Shown: in pieces, positions 57,600 through 60,051 of the stretch
Position numbering within the stretch: position 1 is the first letter of the stretch
Layout of the letters: every line of letters begins with the position of its first letter
DNA from: Myxococcales bacterium
GTDB lineage: Bacteria > Myxococcota_A > Polyangia > Palsa-1104 > SHYY01
DNA: 60,051 nucleotides
Direction: 5' to 3'
NCBI GenBank assembly: GCA_023248875.1
Contig: JAHFDT010000002.1
Location: 1-60,051, forward strand
The notes under the pieces: generated by a model
Seen by the model: the letters and a program-made list of their open reading frames with translations, nothing else
The model's database searches: none
Told to the model about the DNA's origin: nothing
Translations under genes and position numbers: made by a program

Positions 57600-58283
57600 A
57601 TGAAACGCGCCGTCGTTCTCCTTTCTGGCGGACTCGATTCCACCACGGTACTGGCCATCGCTCGCGAGCGCGGTTTTGCCTGCTATGCGCTGTCATTTCG
57701 CTATGGCCAGCGCCATGCGGTGGAACTTGCTGCCGCTGCCGCGGTGGCACGAGTGCAGGGGGCGCTAGAGCATCGCATGGCCACCGTCGATCTTGGCTGG
57801 ATGGATAGCAACGCACTCACCGGCAGCGCGGAGGTGCCTAAAGATCGGCCGCTCGCAACGATAGCGGTCGGCGAGATCCCGATCACCTATGTTCCAGCGC
57901 GTAACGCACTATTCCTTTGCTATGCACTGGCATGGGCCGAAGTGCTGGGCGCTGCCGATCTCTTCGCTGGCATGAACGCGCTCGACTACTCCGGTTACCC
58001 AGACTGCCGCCCCGAATTCCTCGCCGCCTTTGAGGCGATGGCCCGCCTGGGCACCCGGGCGGGTGTCACCGGCAGCGCGATCACAGTGCATGCTCCCTTG
58101 ATTCGTATGACCAAGGCCGAGATCATCCGCGAAGGGATACGCCTCGGCGTCGACTATGCGCTGACGCACTCTTGCTACGATCCATCGCCCCGGGGGGCGG
58201 CTTGCGGCCGCTGCGACTCCTGCCAGCTGCGCCGCAAGGGTTTTCTCGAGGCAGGGATTGCCGATCCGACGGTCTACGTCTAA
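57600..58283 (+). CDS. queC: 7-cyano-7-deazaguanine synthase
   Basis: [18 protein letters not shown]-loop; C-terminal Zn motif [17 protein letters not shown]; the ORF-track TTG 57582 is probably too early. Confidence 0.92.
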   Translation: MKRAVVLLSGGLDSTTVLAIARERGFACYALSFRYGQRHAVELAAAAAVARVQGALEHRMATVDLGWMDSNALTGSAEVPKDRPLATIAVGEIPITYVPARNALFLCYALAWAEVLGAADLFAGMNALDYSGYPDCRPEFLAAFEAMARLGTRAGVTGSAITVHAPLIRMTKAEIIREGIRLGVDYALTHSCYDPSPRGAACGRCDSCQLRRKGFLEAGIADPTVYV

Positions 58284-58310
58284 AGTCGCTGCATTTTTCG
58301 GAGGAAAACG

Positions 58311-58772
58311 ATGCGCAATGTGCTGATCGCGATGCTGCTGCTCACCGGGGGAGCCGCCCTTTCAGACCCGCCCGCCAAAAAGGCCGCCAAGGGCCAGAAA
58401 CCGAAGAAGGAGGAAAAGGTGGAACAGAAAGTGGTCACTACGCCCTCGGGGCTCAAGTATGTCGATGAGAAGGTGGGCACCGGCGTTTCGCCCAAATCGG
58501 GGCAACAGGTGACGGTCCATTACACGGGAACCCTGGCCTCCGACGGAAAGAAATTCGACAGCTCGGTCGACCGTGGTCAACCCTTCCAGTTCATGATTGG
58601 CGTGGGACAGGTGATCAAGGGCTGGGACGAGGGCGTGATGTCGATGAAGGTGGGCGGCAAGCGCAAGCTGATGATTCCAGCGGCCCTGGGTTACGGTGCG
58701 CGTGGTGCGGGCGGAGTGATTCCGCCCAATGCCGATCTCCACTTCGACGTCGAGCTGCTCGGGGTCAACTAG
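58311..58772 (+). CDS. Exported FKBP-type peptidyl-prolyl cis-trans isomerase
   Basis: Signal peptide; [17 protein letters not shown]...[14 protein letters not shown]...IPP.LGYG FKBP signature. Confidence 0.92.
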   Translation: MRNVLIAMLLLTGGAALSDPPAKKAAKGQKPKKEEKVEQKVVTTPSGLKYVDEKVGTGVSPKSGQQVTVHYTGTLASDGKKFDSSVDRGQPFQFMIGVGQVIKGWDEGVMSMKVGGKRKLMIPAALGYGARGAGGVIPPNADLHFDVELLGVN

Positions 58773-58774
58773 GA

Positions 58775-59026
58775 GTGCGTAACGATGAGCTCGAAGCGCG
58801 CATTTCCGATCTAGCGCAGCAGGTGGCGACGGAATTTACCGATCTGGGCGACGATCTGCGCTGGGCAATCGCTCGAGCGCTCATCCACCGCGGCATTCAC
58901 TTTGCCGCAGAGCATCCGGGGGTTGAATACTGTACTGTGGCGACCTATCTCGGCGATATGGTCGGCCATGCCCACAAGTTGATGCATGGAGAGAATCCCA
59001 AGGCGCACCGGGAATACACCCATTAG
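58775..59026 (+). CDS. Hypothetical small protein
   Basis: 83-aa ORF starting 3 nt after the FKBP stop (GTG); no recognisable motif. Confidence 0.4.
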   Translation: MRNDELEARISDLAQQVATEFTDLGDDLRWAIARALIHRGIHFAAEHPGVEYCTVATYLGDMVGHAHKLMHGENPKAHREYTH

Positions 59027-60051
59027 TTATAGGTGATCACCGACTTGATGCTCTCGCGACTCTTCTCGAACGCTCCCCGATAGTCCGTCACATCGAAGCG
59101 CCTGGTGATGAGCCGTCCGAGCAGACGGGGCCAGCGCTGTTCGATTTCGGCGAAATGCTGAAGGCCGGATTCAAAATAGGCACGTCCCGCATTGACGGTA
59201 CCAAAGATCACCTTATTGCCTAAGACCACCGCCTGATTGAATCGATCGGCGGGGATCTGAATCTGCTTGTCGCCGCCCGTGACACTGGTGAGGCAGAGCA
59301 CACCATTGACGTTCATGAGCGCGATGGCGTCGAAGGCGATTTTGGAGTCTCCCGTGGCTTCGATGATCAGGTCGAATACCGGGCCCATCGCAGTCGGGAC
59401 AGCCCGCCCGGAAAGGTAGGTAGCACCGCAGGTTCGAACCAGATCGGCCTTCAAGCTATCGGCCGGGCGCGTCGCCAGGGTGAAGGTGTCGATTCCCCGC
59501 AGCCGCAGCAGGAAGGTGGCGAGCAGCCCAATCGGCCCCGCGCCCAGCACCAGGGCCTGCTGGGGCCGCCAGTCCAAGCGCTCTTGGATGCGCAAGATCT
59601 GCTGTACCGCCTTTTCGACCACGCTCATCGGTTCGAGCAGGATAGCGAAGGCACGTTGGTCGGTGGGTACCTTCACCAGGTAGCTGGGCTGCTCGGCAAA
59701 ATACTCCGCCATGAATCCGTGCGCACCCACGATGCCTCGCTCGGTGAATTGTCCCGTCGAGCACATGTCGCTAAACCCGCGGGCGCAATTTCCGCAACCC
59801 GGACAGGCACGTCGCACCGTCGCGACCACCACATCGCCAGGAGCAAAGCCTCGCGCTGCCGAACCCACGGCTTCGACGACTCCCAGCGATTCATGACCCA
59901 GGATCAGATAGTCCGATTCCGGCGGTGCCGTACCGTAGAGGCCTCCATTGATCTCGAAATCGGTGCCGCAGATGCCCGTTTCCAAGACACGAACCAGAAC
60001 CTCGTGGGAGCCATGCACGGGCTCGGCGCACTCTCTCAGATGCACGCTCTC
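59023..60051 (-). CDS. Zinc-dependent medium-chain dehydrogenase (glucose/threonine dehydrogenase-like), N-terminus runs off the window
   Basis: GICGTD...GHESLGVV Zn-ADH motifs and GAGPIGLL Rossmann motif; the reading frame stays open to the window edge. Confidence 0.85.
   Translation of the reverse strand, partial: ESVHLRECAEPVHGSHEVLVRVLETGICGTDFEINGGLYGTAPPESDYLILGHESLGVVEAVGSAARGFAPGDVVVATVRRACPGCGNCARGFSDMCSTGQFTERGIVGAHGFMAEYFAEQPSYLVKVPTDQRAFAILLEPMSVVEKAVQQILRIQERLDWRPQQALVLGAGPIGLLATFLLRLRGIDTFTLATRPADSLKADLVRTCGATYLSGRAVPTAMGPVFDLIIEATGDSKIAFDAIALMNVNGVLCLTSVTGGDKQIQIPADRFNQAVVLGNKVIFGTVNAGRAYFESGLQHFAEIEQRWPRLLGRLITRRFDVTDYRGAFEKSRESIKSVITYN

Overview
This is a 60-kb high-GC bacterial chromosomal window, and gene content and style suggest Myxococcota (inference only). 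The evidence for that is a short EF-Ts, many lipoproteins, Cys-rich DCGG repeats, FHA/TPR proteins and long antisense shadow ORFs. Housekeeping anchors are rpsB-tsf-pyrH-frr, folK, pdxB, queC, ugd, an aconitase-family hydratase and a complete urate-to-ureidoglycolate operon (puuD-like, allB, alc, uraD, uraH) whose genes are joined by 4-nt overlaps. Between them lie accessory blocks.

(1) A six-gene plus-strand operon (2799-9052) encodes a Trp/Gly/Asp-repeat lipoprotein, a GT-C (GT87/DUF2029-like) membrane glycosyltransferase, fcl, gmd, a methyltransferase, and a methyltransferase fused to a Dpm1-like GT2.

(2) A visibly lower-GC trio (17987-20267) encodes a PhyH dioxygenase, a 73-aa protein and a radical-SAM enzyme.

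(3) A glycan/cell-envelope block (36009-46935) encodes a FemAB-like transferase, a flippase, methyltransferase, GT1, acetyltransferase and deacetylase-like proteins, a SUEL-lectin membrane protein and an L,D-transpeptidase.

(4) A two-gene operon (46948-49737) pairs an HExxH protein with a B12-binding radical-SAM enzyme.

Blocks 3 and 4 are bracketed by two type II toxin-antitoxin loci (mazEF-like and phd/vapC-like). Both loci appear to have near-consensus promoters placed for leaderless transcripts.

Several structured non-coding elements are not explained by the genes:
- a 116-bp tandem duplication with one compensatory base-pair change, upstream of an Avd/23S-IVS-type four-helix-bundle gene
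- a perfect 25-bp inverted repeat at 2255-2384
- a 38-bp inverted repeat at 39733-39864
- a 33-bp direct repeat flanking a two-gene cassette

No rRNA, tRNA, CRISPR array, transposase, integrase or reverse transcriptase was recognised. The best candidates for an undescribed system are the PhyH/small-protein/radical-SAM trio, the HExxH/B12-radical-SAM pair, and the lipid-linked glycosylation operon headed by the Trp-repeat lipoprotein. All functional calls rest on motif recognition by eye, with no database search run.
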